Source: Octopus vulgaris
Taxonomy: Eukaryota
Reading direction: 5' to 3'
Assembly (NCBI GenBank): GCA_951406725.2
Contig: OX597827.1
Coordinates: forward strand, 74,834,001 to 74,898,000
Length of the DNA stretch: 64,000 nucleotides
A program made the position numbers and the translations under genes. This document shows, piece by piece, positions 13,437 to 25,953 of the stretch (the stretch's first letter is position 1; each line of letters begins with the position of its first letter). The notes beneath the pieces are model-generated. The model was not told the origin of the DNA. It worked only from the letters and a program-made list of their open reading frames with translations, and searched no databases.

Positions 13437-16029
13437 TTATTATTATCATCATCATCATTATTCAGTAGTCTTGTTTTATCACGTGCTTTCACTGCACTAC
13501 CGAGCACAGCTCTGTGTGCCTTGGGTTGTGCTATGGTTTATTGTGATGCTCTTATTTTTACTGTATTGAAATTGTTTTACGTAGGATGTGTGAGGTGCCT
13601 AGTAATGCTATTTTTTGTATGTTATATATACTTGTTAGTTATGGTAGTTTTGTTATGTATTTGCCTGAATATTATTGTTATACCTAATGCGCTTACTATG
13701 AGAGGAATTGTTTGCATTTTTAGACTCCATATTCGAGTTACCTCTATTTCCAGGTCTTTGTATTTTGAAAGTTTCTTCATTTCTCTTAGAGAAACGTTAT
13801 CATATGTTGGTATTGATACATCGATTAGAAAGCATTTTTCTTGATGATTTCTAATAACTATATCCGGCCTATTGGCCTTAATTTCTCTATCTGTGTATAT
13901 TGGCATATCCCATAGTATGGCTGCTTTCTCATTTTCTGTGACCTTTTCTGGTGTGTGCCTATACCATCTTTTTCTGTTGTTATTCCTTAGTGTTGGCATA
14001 TTCCTTCTTAGCCAGGACTGGGCAGCCAGAGACAATATGGTTTATTGCTTCGTATCCATCTCCACATATTCTGCAGTCACTTGTGTCCTTTTTTTTTTTC
14101 ATTATATGTTTTTGGTAATTTCTTATGGGGAGGCTTTGGTCTTCCGCTGCAATTAAAAATCCTTCAATTTGGGCTGAGCCTCTCAGCCATTGTTGGGATT
14201 TTGCTTTGTCTATTTCTTTCGCATTTAGTTTTGACCCAGTATTTGCATGAAGGGGCTTTTCTTGACACCGTTTTATCATGATCCATTGCTGATTCAGTTT
14301 TAGTTTGGATTTCAGCTGTTTCTTCTTTTTCTTCATTGTTATTAGGTACAGGGACTTCTTTTTTGTATCTGTTAGCTTCCTTAAAGACTGAAAACAGCTT
14401 TTTGTAATGTTCATCTTTTGAGGCTATTTGTACTAGTTTTCCTTGTTTCTGAAGTAGGTATTTTTGTAGTCCCCTGGTGGTTATTTTGTAATAGCTTTCT
14501 AGCAGTATAAGGCCTCTACCACCTTCCACACGTTGTATATATAAACTTTCATGTCAGATTTTGGTTGGTGCATCCTAAATCCTGTCATTGTTTTTCTTGT
14601 TCTCCTTATATTTTGATAAGTTCGTTTAGAGTCCAGTTAAGGATATTGTAGCTGTAACCTATAACAGGGATGGCTAGAGTGTTGATACCTATTATCTTGT
14701 TTTTCACATTGAGCTCTGTTTTCAGTATTAATCTAACTCATCTATAGTATTCTTTTCTTATCTTCTCTTTCATTTGTATCGTATCTTGTTCATTGATTCC
14801 TAAGTATTTGTATGTCTGGTTTTGGCATAATTCTTTTATTTTATTTGCTTTATCCAGTGTGATGTTGCTACTCTTGACTAGCATTCTTCTTTTTACGTTT
14901 GCTTTGGAACATTTTTCTAAGCCAAATTTCATGTTTATTTCTTTAGTAAATCAATGTGCTATCTGCAGTAATGTTTCCAGGTGTTTATCATTTGTAGTGT
15001 ATAGTTTTAGATCATCTATATATAAGAGGTGGCTAATTGTTTTGCCGTAACCGTTGTATCCACATCCAGTTCTATTTAGCATATCAGATAAAGGTGTCAG
15101 TGCCAAGCAGAAAAGGAGTGGAGAGAGTGTCTCTCTGGAATATTTCTCTTCTAATGGGGATAGATTTGGTTTTATGAGTCCCTCATTTGTCTGGATCTCT
15201 AGCACTGTCTGCCATTTATTCATGAAATGTTTTATATATTTTATGATTATTGGTGTTACCTTCTTCATATTGGTGGTACCTTGTTCATGGCTTGTTTGTA
15301 GGATCCATCTGTGAGAAATACTATCAAAAGCCTATCGGTAATCGATCCAGGCCATACCCTTTGTCTTTCGGCGACTGTCTTCAGTTATGGCTTTATTGAT
15401 CGGTAGCTGATCTTTACAGCTGTATGAATCCTTGCAGCATTCCTTCTGCTCTCCAGGAAATGGGTTGTTTTCTTCCAGATGCTTACTCATTTTCTGCAAC
15501 GCTATTGGAATAAAGGCTTTGTAAACTGTATGGAGATAAGTTACCGGTCTGTAATTTTGGGGTTTGCTGTTTCAGTGAATTTGGGAATTAGGATAGTTTT
15601 CCCATCTGTGAGCCATGCCGGCTCTGATAGTATTTCATTAAATTTCTCAGCCAGCTATTTATGTATTTCAGTCAGGTATTTTAACCAGAAGTTGGGTGTC
15701 TTATTGTGCCCAGGTGTCTTCCCGTTGCTTAGTTTTTGCAGTGCCTGGGTGTCCTTTTCAGTTGTTACTGGAGTCCAGAGTTGTTCAGGTGCTGAGTTCG
15801 TTGTTTTGATAGTTCTTTTCTGAGGTTGTTCCTTCACTGACAACATTTCTTTCCGACACTATTCCACTTCTTCTGTTGTTAGTGCTGCATTGTTCTCTGT
15901 TTTGCTTTTGTCAAGTTCTTGGTAGACTCTTTTGGGGTTGGAGTTGAACGTTTGTTCAAAGAAACGTTGGCATTTTTCATACATGCGGATTTTTTGTTCT
16001 TTGGCGAAGATATTTTGTTTTAGCTGTTC

Positions 16030-16031
<2 letters not shown>
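13437..16031 (-). mobile_element. 5'-truncated R4/Dong-like (RLE) non-LTR retrotransposon
   Basis: RT (LSPLLFCLAL, HLLYIDDLKLY), CCHC knuckle (CRICGDGYEAINHIVSGC) and restriction-like endonuclease (NRPDIVI..CFLIDVSIP). (TAA/TGA)n at both ends. Confidence 0.92.
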
Positions 16032-16066
<35 letters not shown>

Positions 16067-16594
16067 GAGGGAGCAGTGCATGCCATCAAAGTGACACTGG
16101 GGTAAAATATACGAAGCCCAGTATACCCATAATGACTACCCGTCTAATAAGGGTACACCAGGTACATGCATCATAACCATATGTCCGCAACATGGTGATC
16201 TCATATCAAGATTAACAGCGCATGACCTTGTAGATGGGGGCCCATTTAGAATTTTCATCAGGTCAAGTGACCCATCCCGCTCAAAAAGTCCTTGAAAAGG
16301 GGTTGTTTGAGGATGTTGGACGAAACACCCATGTTTCCAGAGGTGAATTATCCAAACATCAAAGAATTCCTCTCAACACATGGCTATGATACTCCCCCAC
16401 TACTTCTGCTCACAATCAGGGATGCACATATCGTCAGTCATTAAGGGACATGCTCAACTGGTTAAGGTCAAGCAACTAACAAGCAAATCTGTCGTATTGA
16501 GCAGAATATTATCTGTAACCCATCTTTTATACAAAAACAAAACAATGTACATGAGAAGCCATGAAAGCCACTGCCTTGTTCTGCATCAGGGAAT
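16067..16594 (-). repeat. ~530-bp (TAA)n-flanked dispersed element, copy A
   Basis: Same sequence as the copies at 31099, 32460, 33049 and 61127; (TTA)n on both sides. Confidence 0.85.
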
Positions 16595-16600
16595 ATTACC

Positions 16601-16639
<39 letters not shown>

Positions 16640-16646
<7 letters not shown>

Positions 16647-16860
16647 CCGCCTTAGCGAAGGCAGAGGTATTGTTTTCATTCGTGTTCGTTTGTTTGTTTG
16701 TTTGTCCGTGGACAAGATATCTCAAGAACTGCGGGATGGATCCGAAACGAACTGCAGGGATATTTGGCTTTGCCAATGGGACGGTCTCATTAAATTTTGG
16801 GGTCGATTCGGCACCGGACAAGGATTCTGGATTATTTTTCCGATTTTGTTTTACTTTATA
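16640..16860 (+). mobile_element. HINE/DINE-1-like (Helentron-associated) element
   Basis: ttaccaccgccttagcgaaggcagaggtattgttttc hairpin end, followed by (gttt)n gtccgt...gatatctc. Confidence 0.5.
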
Positions 16861-16999
16861 TGCATATGTAAAGTTTTACATAGTTTTCTTGTACACACAC
16901 ACATACGCATATTTGTGGAATACCCCACCTGAGACAATCCATGCTTCGATATGTCGCACAGTGACATACCGTACAATCGGGTTAAAGTCAAGGAGGGTG

Positions 17000-18620
17000 G
17001 AAAGAGCCGCAGAGGCTCAAATATAACAAGCTTTAGGTTCAGTCTGGAATCTAAAGGAATATATACAGTAAGGAAAGGCCTATGGAATGGTGGACGTTCG
17101 ATTCTACACAGAGAAAGAAGCCAAACATCACTCTCTGAATCCCCTCAAAAATTATAATCCAGCCGGTGTGCCAGAAATAGCCATTCCTTGGCTAATTGCG
17201 GCAGTGCTGATAGATATTGAGGAAAACTCGAAAATCCTCGAAGCCTATCATACCATAAAGGAAGACTGCTCTGGGATGGCCGTAGAACTCTTCATTCAAA
17301 CAACACAATATAATGTGGATCTCTCCCAGGCTAGATCCTTCCTCCTAGAGGTAGCATAATTCCGTTCAGGGTTGATGGAAGAAAACCAAAAGGCTACTTT
17401 TGCTTTTCACCCAAGCATTTAAAAATTGACTGCCCTAAGATAAACGAAAAAGAGAGACGGGCACCTTCGCTCTCTACACCAACATCGGCCACCAGAACTC
17501 CAACGACAACAGCAGCAGCAGATTCAACCATAGCACCACCAACACTAACACCAATAACCATACCGACATCGAATTCACTCAAACACTTCTCATCGCCGGA
17601 AGATATTCCACTTCCCGATGCAGAGCGAGTGGACATCATAGCTGGAGAGACGGACCGCGATGAAGACTAGCAGTTAAAAACAAAAAAAAAAAAAACATAA
17701 GAGAGAGAAGGAAAAATAAACATATGGACAAACAACTACCACAACAATCCTCATCCACACAAGAAGTGGAGAAGAAAAAATCAAAACAGCAAAAACAAAC
17801 ACACCCAAAACAAACACTGCATCGACACCACCACCTCTAACACCGGAAACACAAACCATTTCACACATGCAACAACAATCACAACCACCACCACCACCAC
17901 AGCAACAACAACAACGAACACAAAATTCAAACAATGATGAATTAATGACATATATAACATGCACAAATATTACACCAAAAGATTTTACCACACTCAGATT
18001 CTCCGTACCTGCAAACATACAAATCATTCAAACAACACAAAGCATATACACACATTTTTCGCCAGAACATCACCAAGAGAGCTGTTGGTGATTTGCTGTT
18101 GGAAACACCCCCATACCAACGGGTGGGACGGGCAATCTACCACTCCAAACAAAGCCAAGTAAGTTTTCCATTTCTTTTCTTCTCTTTTTCCGACAACATG
18201 GTCGTGTACAAAATCGACAGCGTGAAGGTACGTGGCCTGAGGTCGCCTTGGAAGCAGGTCACCTGCTCAACGACCCCAGGTAACTGAATGTTGATGTAGT
18301 GGCTATTAGTGAAACCAGAATTTCCAACTCACGGGACTTCCGACCTATTTTCCATGACTCTGAGGTGTACGCATCTCCAAGTCGTCCGGGAGTGGGAGGT
18401 GGTTCGGAAAAATCTGGGTTTTATAATACGGACGATCTTCCTGGATCCGGAAAGTAAGTCGGTGGTCTTAGACGTGAGAGACAGCGAAGGACATATTTTT
18501 AGGCTAGTTGCCGTCTGTGCCTCGACAGGGGTAGGATGGCTATATTTCTTTAGACACCTGGAATCTTTTCAAAGAGCGTCCCGCTCTTTAGCATTAGTGG
18601 GGTATTGGAATAGAGTTTTA
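17000..18620 (+). mobile_element. L1/Tx1-like LINE fragment (ORF1 remnant and start of ORF2 endonuclease)
   Basis: KVRGLRSPWKQ and VVLDVRDSEGHIFRLVAVCA are homologous to the copies at 21060 and 53290-53740. Confidence 0.7.
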
Positions 18621-21600
18621 AATGTAAAATGTGTCAAAAGAAAACATTATTGTAAACAAAATTGTAATTCGTAACTTTAACATAGTTTAATTCTACGAAT
18701 TTTAACCAATGAAATCCTAGCATTCGAGCTCAAACCATTTGCTGCGTCTAAAAACTCACACACACACACGTCTTATTCATCCTTTCTCTCTTCTGTCTTC
18801 TGTCGTCTGTCTTCTACATGTGCTAGAAATAACAGCTATATCTCTTAAATCGATGAATTTCGTCGCCCAATAAAAATATTAACGATGTATTTTGAATATT
18901 TTCTTTATTTTTTTTTTTACCGAAAAGGCTTCTTCCATGGTTTTGAAGGGCCAGAAACAACAAAAACAAAACAATAAAATGCCTAAAGCGGTCTAAAAAA
19001 TTGCGAAATATTTTTTCATAAAAGGATGTCCCAGCTTGTCGGATGCTGTGATATAAAATGGGGAAAAAATCCTCGACACCAGTGCGTAATTGGTACTTAA
19101 TTTATTGACCCCGAAACGATGAAACATTGACCCCCCCTTCTGGTTTATTTACCTTTTGTGTAAATTTGTTGCGGCAAGGGCCAACTCACGAACGTGTATG
19201 TATGCTTGTGTGCGTATGTGTGTGTATGTATATCTCCGTTTGTATGTGTGTGTATGTATATCTCCGTTTGTATGTGTGTGTATGTATATCTCCCGTTTGT
19301 ATGTGTGTGTATATATATCTCCGTTTGTATGTGTGAGTACGCTTATATATTAATTGCTATGTGCTTGTGCAAATGTATATGCATGTGTTTGAGAGAGAGA
19401 GAGAGTGACAGAGAGTGTGTGTGTGCAAGTGTACGTGTGTATGTATCTGAATATGTGTGTGTGTGTGCGGCATGCGTCTGCTACGTTTCTTTATCAATAT
19501 CGATAATGCAGCAAATGATTTGAGCTCAAATGCTCGGATTTCATTGGTTAAAATTCGAAGATGCTGGGATTTCATTGGTTAAAATTCGAAGAATTAAACT
19601 ACGTTAGTTACGAATTACAATTTTGTTTTCAATTTTGTTTACAATAATGTTTTCTTTTGACACATTCTACCAGTATACGAAGTTTCAAATTTTTTAGTTA
19701 ACTAGAAAATTCCGTCCATCAAAAAGAAAAGATCCACTCTATCTTTTCTTGAGAGATGTTTGCCAGTGGACCGTGCATTCGGTGCAAGATCTGAAAGGTA
19801 AATCCCCCCAACACAAAAATAATATTTTAAAACCAGGGGATTTATCCCTCAATGAAGATGTAAATAACTAACTCTGAATGAAAAACTATTCTGTATAAAA
19901 GCGTTTCTCACAAGGAGAGAAAACTTAAATTTCCTACTCTGGCAGAAACAGAAAAAATTCCTCCAAACTATGTGATCCTCAGTGCTACACATATAAAGGA
20001 AAACAATACGGGACGGCAAGAGCTATGTGCAGCAGCAAGAAAGAAGGCAGAACAATGATAAAAATTACTCGCATGTCCCAGACCTTTATGATTCCTCATC
20101 ATATGGGTAAAAGGTTGACTTGAATTCACGTCAAGAACGTGCTGGTTCATCGAGATCCGGCAAGAATCTGTCATTTTGGAGGAGCAAGGAGATATTGTGA
20201 TGAAATCCACCCAACAATTCAACAGGAGGAGAATTCTTATGGAATTCCAGATATTAGTTCCTCCAGAAGAAATAAGTCGGATTCCCTTTTTTTTTCGCAA
20301 ATATTTCGTTTGAGGAAATACTAACCACCTTGAAGCCTTTTGCTCCGCGGTGGAGAAGGCACGATTTACTCTGCCACCGCTACCAACTCCTCAAGAAAAA
20401 TTCCTTCCTTAAACAATAGGTGAGAATACTAAAACTACCTCACAACTGCATCTTTCCTCTAACTGAGGCCTCACAAAAGCAAAGACCTCGTTGGGGATGA
20501 AGATCCGTTGAAATCTCATCATAAGGCCTTTGTCAGGGATAAGAGGAAGACTCAAATTCATATAAATAGAGGCCGGCCCAAATTGAAAGCCTTAAGACAT
20601 GACGGCAATATAGTACATCCGTCACAATATCAAGTACCAAAACATCAACATCAGCACCTTCATCACAGCAAGGAAACCAGCTTTTAAAGACACTTTCACA
20701 AGCACAAACGAATTAAAAATTGTGGAAAAAAAAGAAACACCCGATCAACAAAATGACCAACAGTCACCAGCTTGTGTATGTACTTCTTTCATCAACTCCA
20801 CTGTTGTTCAAAAGAGCAACATTGTGTTGATTGGAGAAGAGACTAACAACAAAAACATTCTGATAAGTGAGGAATGCTTTGCTGAACACCCCCTGAAAAT
20901 TCCTTCAAACAGAATGTTAATTTAAATGTATCTGAATTTAAAACAGAAATTTTCCCAGGACATAGAAAACTCTTTCCACAACCTTCAGTCAAAAGTAAAG
21001 GCTGTTTCAACAGTCGTCCACGATGACGAAGATAAATAACTTAATTTTCTTTATTTTAACCTAAGTGGCTACACTTATAGTAAGATGTGCAAATGTCCGG
21101 AGTCTGGTTTCGGTTTGGAAGTAGGTCACTTGCTCAACGATCTCAAGTCGCTTGATGCAAATGTGACCATCATTAGTGCAAGAATCTTCTAAAAACCTTT
21201 TGCCTACAACAAAAGAGAGAAGGGAGTCCCCCAAATTTGCAGACACCTCCACAACTACAATATCAACAGCACAAGCAGGGGCGGGGAACCACTACAACTG
21301 TAAAATCAACCGCAACTGCAACAGCGACTACAACAGCAGTAGCAGCAGCAGCAACAACAAGAAACAACAGTGGAAGCAACTGCAGCAAACAGAACAGATA
21401 ACTCACCAACATTTATGGCTTCCACATATCACACAGCAGCATAAACAACAGCATTAGAATCCCCTAAAACAAGAACTTTATTATCAACAGAACAATAGTA
21501 AAAATCTCTTTCAGATATGCCCCTTCCGTGTTCGGATCAGACATATTCAGTCGGTAGGTGTAAAACAAGAAAAAGAAATAAAAACACTCCGACACCAACA

Positions 21601-22279
21601 AAAAAACTGGTAGATATGATCAGAGGAGAGAGACGCTTTGCGAACAAATACACAAATGCCAACCACAACAGCAACCATACCAGTTCCGTCAACAACAACA
21701 TCCCCATTACAATCATCACAGACACCACAATCAGAAACTCAACCCAGTTCAGTCACATAACTCTCAGAAAGCACATCTCAACACCAGCAATATTCAAATA
21801 TCCTTAATTACACAGCAATAAACATGAACAATGAAGAACTGATTGAACACATATGAAGCTGTACAGACCTCAAACAGCGATTTTAACACACCAACAAAAA
21901 CATACGAACACGCATAAAATTCATCCTAACACCACAAAACACATACAGTTCCATAAAAACTAAATATCCCGAAGTAGTGGAATCTTTCGGGAGAAATATC
22001 AACAAAAGACTGTATAAATGACTGCTTGTGGAAACATTCATATATAATCATGGGAACGGAACATCTATCCCCACCTCGCCACAAAAATCACTGTAAGTAA
22101 TCTTTTCTGCATCTATTCTTTATCTGACATTGCCTTGCTTAGGATAGGAAGTATATATGTGCCTGTTTTACTCTGCTGGTCAATTCTAACTCTCCTGGAT
22201 AGAAATTTAAAATTGTGGAACGTAATAACCTTCATATCGTTATTGTCTTTTTTATAAATGTATAATTAGAAAATCTCAC

Positions 22280-22367
22280 ATGGAAGTATAGATTTGTCGC
22301 GGTTTTTTCCTGTGTTCACTGTCTTACTAGCCGCTTTAGTAGGGTGGATTAGGCCTTTTGGTAACGT
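22280..22367 (-). CDS. Receptor PTP exon (88 nt): TLPKGLIHPTKAASKTVNTGKNRDKSILP(Y)
   Basis: tatgattttgcag|ACG TTA CCA...CTT CCA T|gtgaga. NxxKNR(Y>D)xxILPY motif. 88 nt with phase 0 to phase 1 is the canonical first PTP-domain exon. Confidence 0.92.
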
Positions 22368-23416
22368 CTGCAAAATCATAGATATTTTAGCAACATGAAT
22401 ATTTAAGCATGTATTTAATTAATCGATTAAAAAATAAATTAATTCTAAAGGTCAATATATGAAGTGGAATGTTCTGGCAATGAAGAAGGATGTTTTAATG
22501 AAATGGTAATGTACAGATCGTCCCTATTTGCCTTTTTATAAGCCAAAACTTATTAGTACACTTTAGATCCTTGTTACAGATATTCGTTCTTTTTAACTTT
22601 TGGGCTACTCACCTGCTATAGACCAATGAAGATGGAAAATAAGTTGAAAACGCATTCCGAATAATGTACTACTGACTAAAAACTTGCTTCATTTTGAGAT
22701 TACATGCTATATTTCTTGTCTGAAAGATTTAATCTCTAGATATGATCAATATCTTGATTTTAAAGCAGACGATATGTAATGGTGTAATGTTCACGCCTTT
22801 CTCAAGTGTATTTGCAACATAAATGAAAATTACAAATAAGAATTATATTCTAGTTTAAAAATTGTTGCTCACCAGCATTGAAAATAACATTGCACATTTT
22901 CAGGACGTTACACTAAAGTCTCCCATACTCTCCTATATGAGTGCAGATGTTGTTGCGTTTTAAACAAGTTCATTTAACAGCCACCATGGATCCACGTTCC
23001 CTTCCACGATGTGACGCTTTGAACAAGTGACTTTTGTCATGGCCTATAAATGGCCAATAAGTTGTGAATGGAATTTGGTACACGAAATCTTTTGCAGTCG
23101 TACATGTTAAATGTTCATGTATGGGTGCTTGCATGAGTGTGTGTGTGCGCGTGCACTTGTGTGTATGTATGTCTCTGTGTAGCCTTCATCAATGTATATC
23201 ATTAAATGGTGTAACATCGATGAGAAACAAACATCGATTCTCTTTGAACAAAGTTTCTTGCGCGATTTGTTCGACATTGAATTAGACACTTCTTTATCCT
23301 TAACCTTAACCCTAACCCTGTCAAAAATGCAACGGGCCAGAAGGGTTTTTTTTTTCACATTTTACAAGATGTATTTATAATTGTATTCAAATTAACAACT
23401 TAATGAAAACACTTAC

Positions 23417-23547
23417 CAAAAAGTCATCTAAAAACGGTTCAGACAGTTGCAATTGTTGTTTTATGTATTTCATAATTGGTGGATCACTTAATGGCCGATA
23501 ACTAGAAGTAATTTCGTCTTCAAACCTCACATGGTCCTTAGGTAATC
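23417..23547 (-). CDS. Receptor PTP pre-catalytic exon (131 nt): (G)LPKDHVRFEDEITSSYRPLSDPPIMKYIKQQLQLSEPFLDDFL
   Basis: cttttggtctgttgttttctgag|GA TTA CCT...TTT TTG|gtaagt. Open frame, phase 1 to phase 0, bridging the repeat exon and the 88-nt exon. It ends in an FxxEF-like helix. The acceptor is an uncommon GAG. Confidence 0.8.
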
Positions 23548-23889
23548 CTCAGAAAACAACAGACCAAAAGAAGGTGGTTAAGAATTTATGCGGTTTTACC
23601 TATATTTTTACTACCCTCAACCAACAATGTATTATATTTAACGTTATTCACAATTTTCATCGTTCCAATATCTAATATCATTCATTTTTCCTATAATTTT
23701 TTTTTTTACTTTTTTCTATGGGACGGTAACTGAAGCGAGTTTAATTAAAGCAGTAATGCAGAATGAGTGGAAGGATGGGTGGAGAGAGGGAGGGAGCGAG
23801 CGAGGGATGGAAGTCTAGGAATGAATGGACTGGAATACGAACTAGCAGGAGCTTGGATATTATATGTGTGTGTGTGTGTGTGTGTAAAA

Positions 23890-23936
<47 letters not shown>

Positions 23937-24113
23937 AGCTCCTACCAGTTCGTATTCCAGTCCAATAAACACTTATAGTTCCTGAAAGTTGCTATTTTTA
24001 TATTTTCTACAGATTTAAGCTCACTTACTTCCTATACCTTAATCTTTGGATCTTAACTTTATATACCTATATAGATAGATAAATAAGTAGACAGATAGAT
24101 AGATAGCTGGCTT

Positions 24114-24151
<38 letters not shown>

Positions 24152-24493
24152 GACAGATATATATATATATATATATATATATGTCTAAATATATATATAA
24201 GCATACACCTATGTGTATATGGGGATGAAGTTGCGTGCATATATACGTATATGTCTGTGTGCGTGTATGTATGTGTATATTTGTATGGGTACGTAAATGC
24301 ACATATATATTTCTGTGTGTATGGGCATGTACTCATACGTTTGTGTAAGTGTGTACGTAAGTAGACGTTATAAACGCAGGTGGTTTTTATGTCAATGTAT
24401 TATGAGAATATAGTTGCATGTATTTTTCTTTTTATATTTTTTCCTATTAGAGTAACTTTACTTTCATTCAACGGTTTTTTATAGCATCTATTC

Positions 24494-24562
24494 TCATAAC
24501 AGCTGATGAGAATGCATCGTAGCTCTTAGCCCCGGCATTTGAAACTCTGAGTCCTGTTATGA
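24494..24562 (+). ncRNA. Type I minimal hammerhead ribozyme motif (Penelope-type)
   Basis: TCATAACAG-CTGATGA-GAATGC..GCATTT-GAAA-CTCTGAG-TC-CTGTTATGA: a 9-bp stem I, intact core, 6-bp stem II, near-palindromic stem III and a GUC cleavage triplet. Confidence 0.85.
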
Positions 24563-24582
24563 CAACTTACTGACAAAACTTA

Positions 24583-24666
24583 CGACAAAACAATGTACAT
24601 GATAACACTTCCAATCAGTTAAGATCAGAAACCACGTGAGCCACTGCCTGGTACTGCATCAGGGCA

Positions 24667-24667
<1 letters not shown>
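24583..24667 (-). repeat. 5'-end fragment of the ~530-bp (TAA)n-flanked element
   Basis: gacaaaacaatgtacatgataacac...gagccactgcctggtactgcatcagggcat followed by (TTA)n. Confidence 0.75.
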
Positions 24668-24705
<38 letters not shown>

Positions 24706-25138
24706 GATAACTTGCGTATGTGAATATGCATGTGTGTATGTATACAAAAATGATGGGTGTATGTGTGTGTATATATATATAAGTATATATAAATATGTAT
24801 ATATGAACATGTGTATTGTGCAATAAAATTGGTTATAGAACTGAATATTTATAGATTAAATTTAGGAATTTCAGTTAGATTATTTACTTATTTATGATTA
24901 GGCTCGCTCTTAAAAAGCGTTTTCGTAAAGCCTTAGCAGTTATAAATATTTTCATTTCTGATGAAGCATCTTTACATATTTAAACGGATTTGATTATTCT
25001 TGAAAAACTTTGTTTTATTAATGAAGTGGAAACAGTTGTTATTTATGAGATGTGTCATTTGTTTGTATAAAATATTTAAATTGAATTGAATTTATAGTTG
25101 TTCAATTTATTGTTTTCCATTTCTTATTTATATTTATA

Positions 25139-25651
25139 CTAGCAGTATCGCCCGGCGTTGCTCGGGTTTGTAAGGGAAATAACTATATAAGCATTTTTAG
25201 AGAGTTACTTCCCTTATAGATGCCAATTCGGGCTTTCTTAGCCATTTCTGTTTTGGTGTCTTCAAGCCATGAAGTCGTTGTTCTAAAAGAACGCTGGTCT
25301 CCTTGACAACGCTTTACGACGTTGATTTCCTTACACTCCCTTCCCCACAGCTTCACGAGGGAGGGAAGAAGGGGGAGAAGCAAACAGGTGCAGGTGTGAC
25401 CATGGACGCCAACTCCGCCGCCATCGACACACGAAAAATTATGCATTAAAATGGAATAAAAAATGATGTTAAATTATTTTTAAAATCGTAGACTCATCGT
25501 TGATGCGCGCTAATATTCAGACGGGCTCGATATGAATCACGACTATAAGATACCCGAATTTGGTTAAACTGCACCGCAAAATGTGGGAGTAGTTAGGAAT
25601 CTAAATCGAAGGGGACAGACACTCACACAACTACAGTTTTATATATAGAGA
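25139..25651 (-). mobile_element. Non-autonomous Helitron
   Basis: Minus strand has an A|TC start (tctctatatataaaactgtag), a 3' hairpin cccgagcaacgccggg, and a CTAG|T end. Confidence 0.8.
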
Positions 25652-25848
25652 TTTATATATTAATAAACTTATGTTTATTTTTTATTTACCTATTGGAATA
25701 ACATTGTTATTGATATAGATAATATAAACCAGTAAAGTTTTTGGATATTTAATATCCCTTGCATGAATTTTACACCTCGCTAAATTTCTTTTCTCATTCT
25801 TGTCTCTCCCTTCTTTATTCCCCCTCTCTCTCTCTCTCTCTCTCTCGG

Positions 25849-25893
<45 letters not shown>

Positions 25894-25953
25894 GGGAAAG
25901 AGAGACAAGAATGATGGACATTGATAGATAGATAGATAGATAGATAATCTTAC

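Noticed and set aside
22608-22720. Possible 3-nt micro-exon (tatag|CAG|gtgagt) or alternative terminal exon between the 131-nt and 88-nt exons
   Set aside because: Motif-only evidence; would need junction reads.
23300-23320. (CCCTAA)-like telomeric repeats
   Set aside because: Only about 3 imperfect units; chance.
24958-25040. CTGATGA...GAAA on the plus strand
   Set aside because: No consistent stems.
25682-25953. C-terminal extension of the 903-aa ORF (KIIYLSIYLS...)
   Set aside because: It reads through a good donor (G|gtaagat) into (GATA)n, (GA)n and (TA)n microsatellites, so it is intronic.
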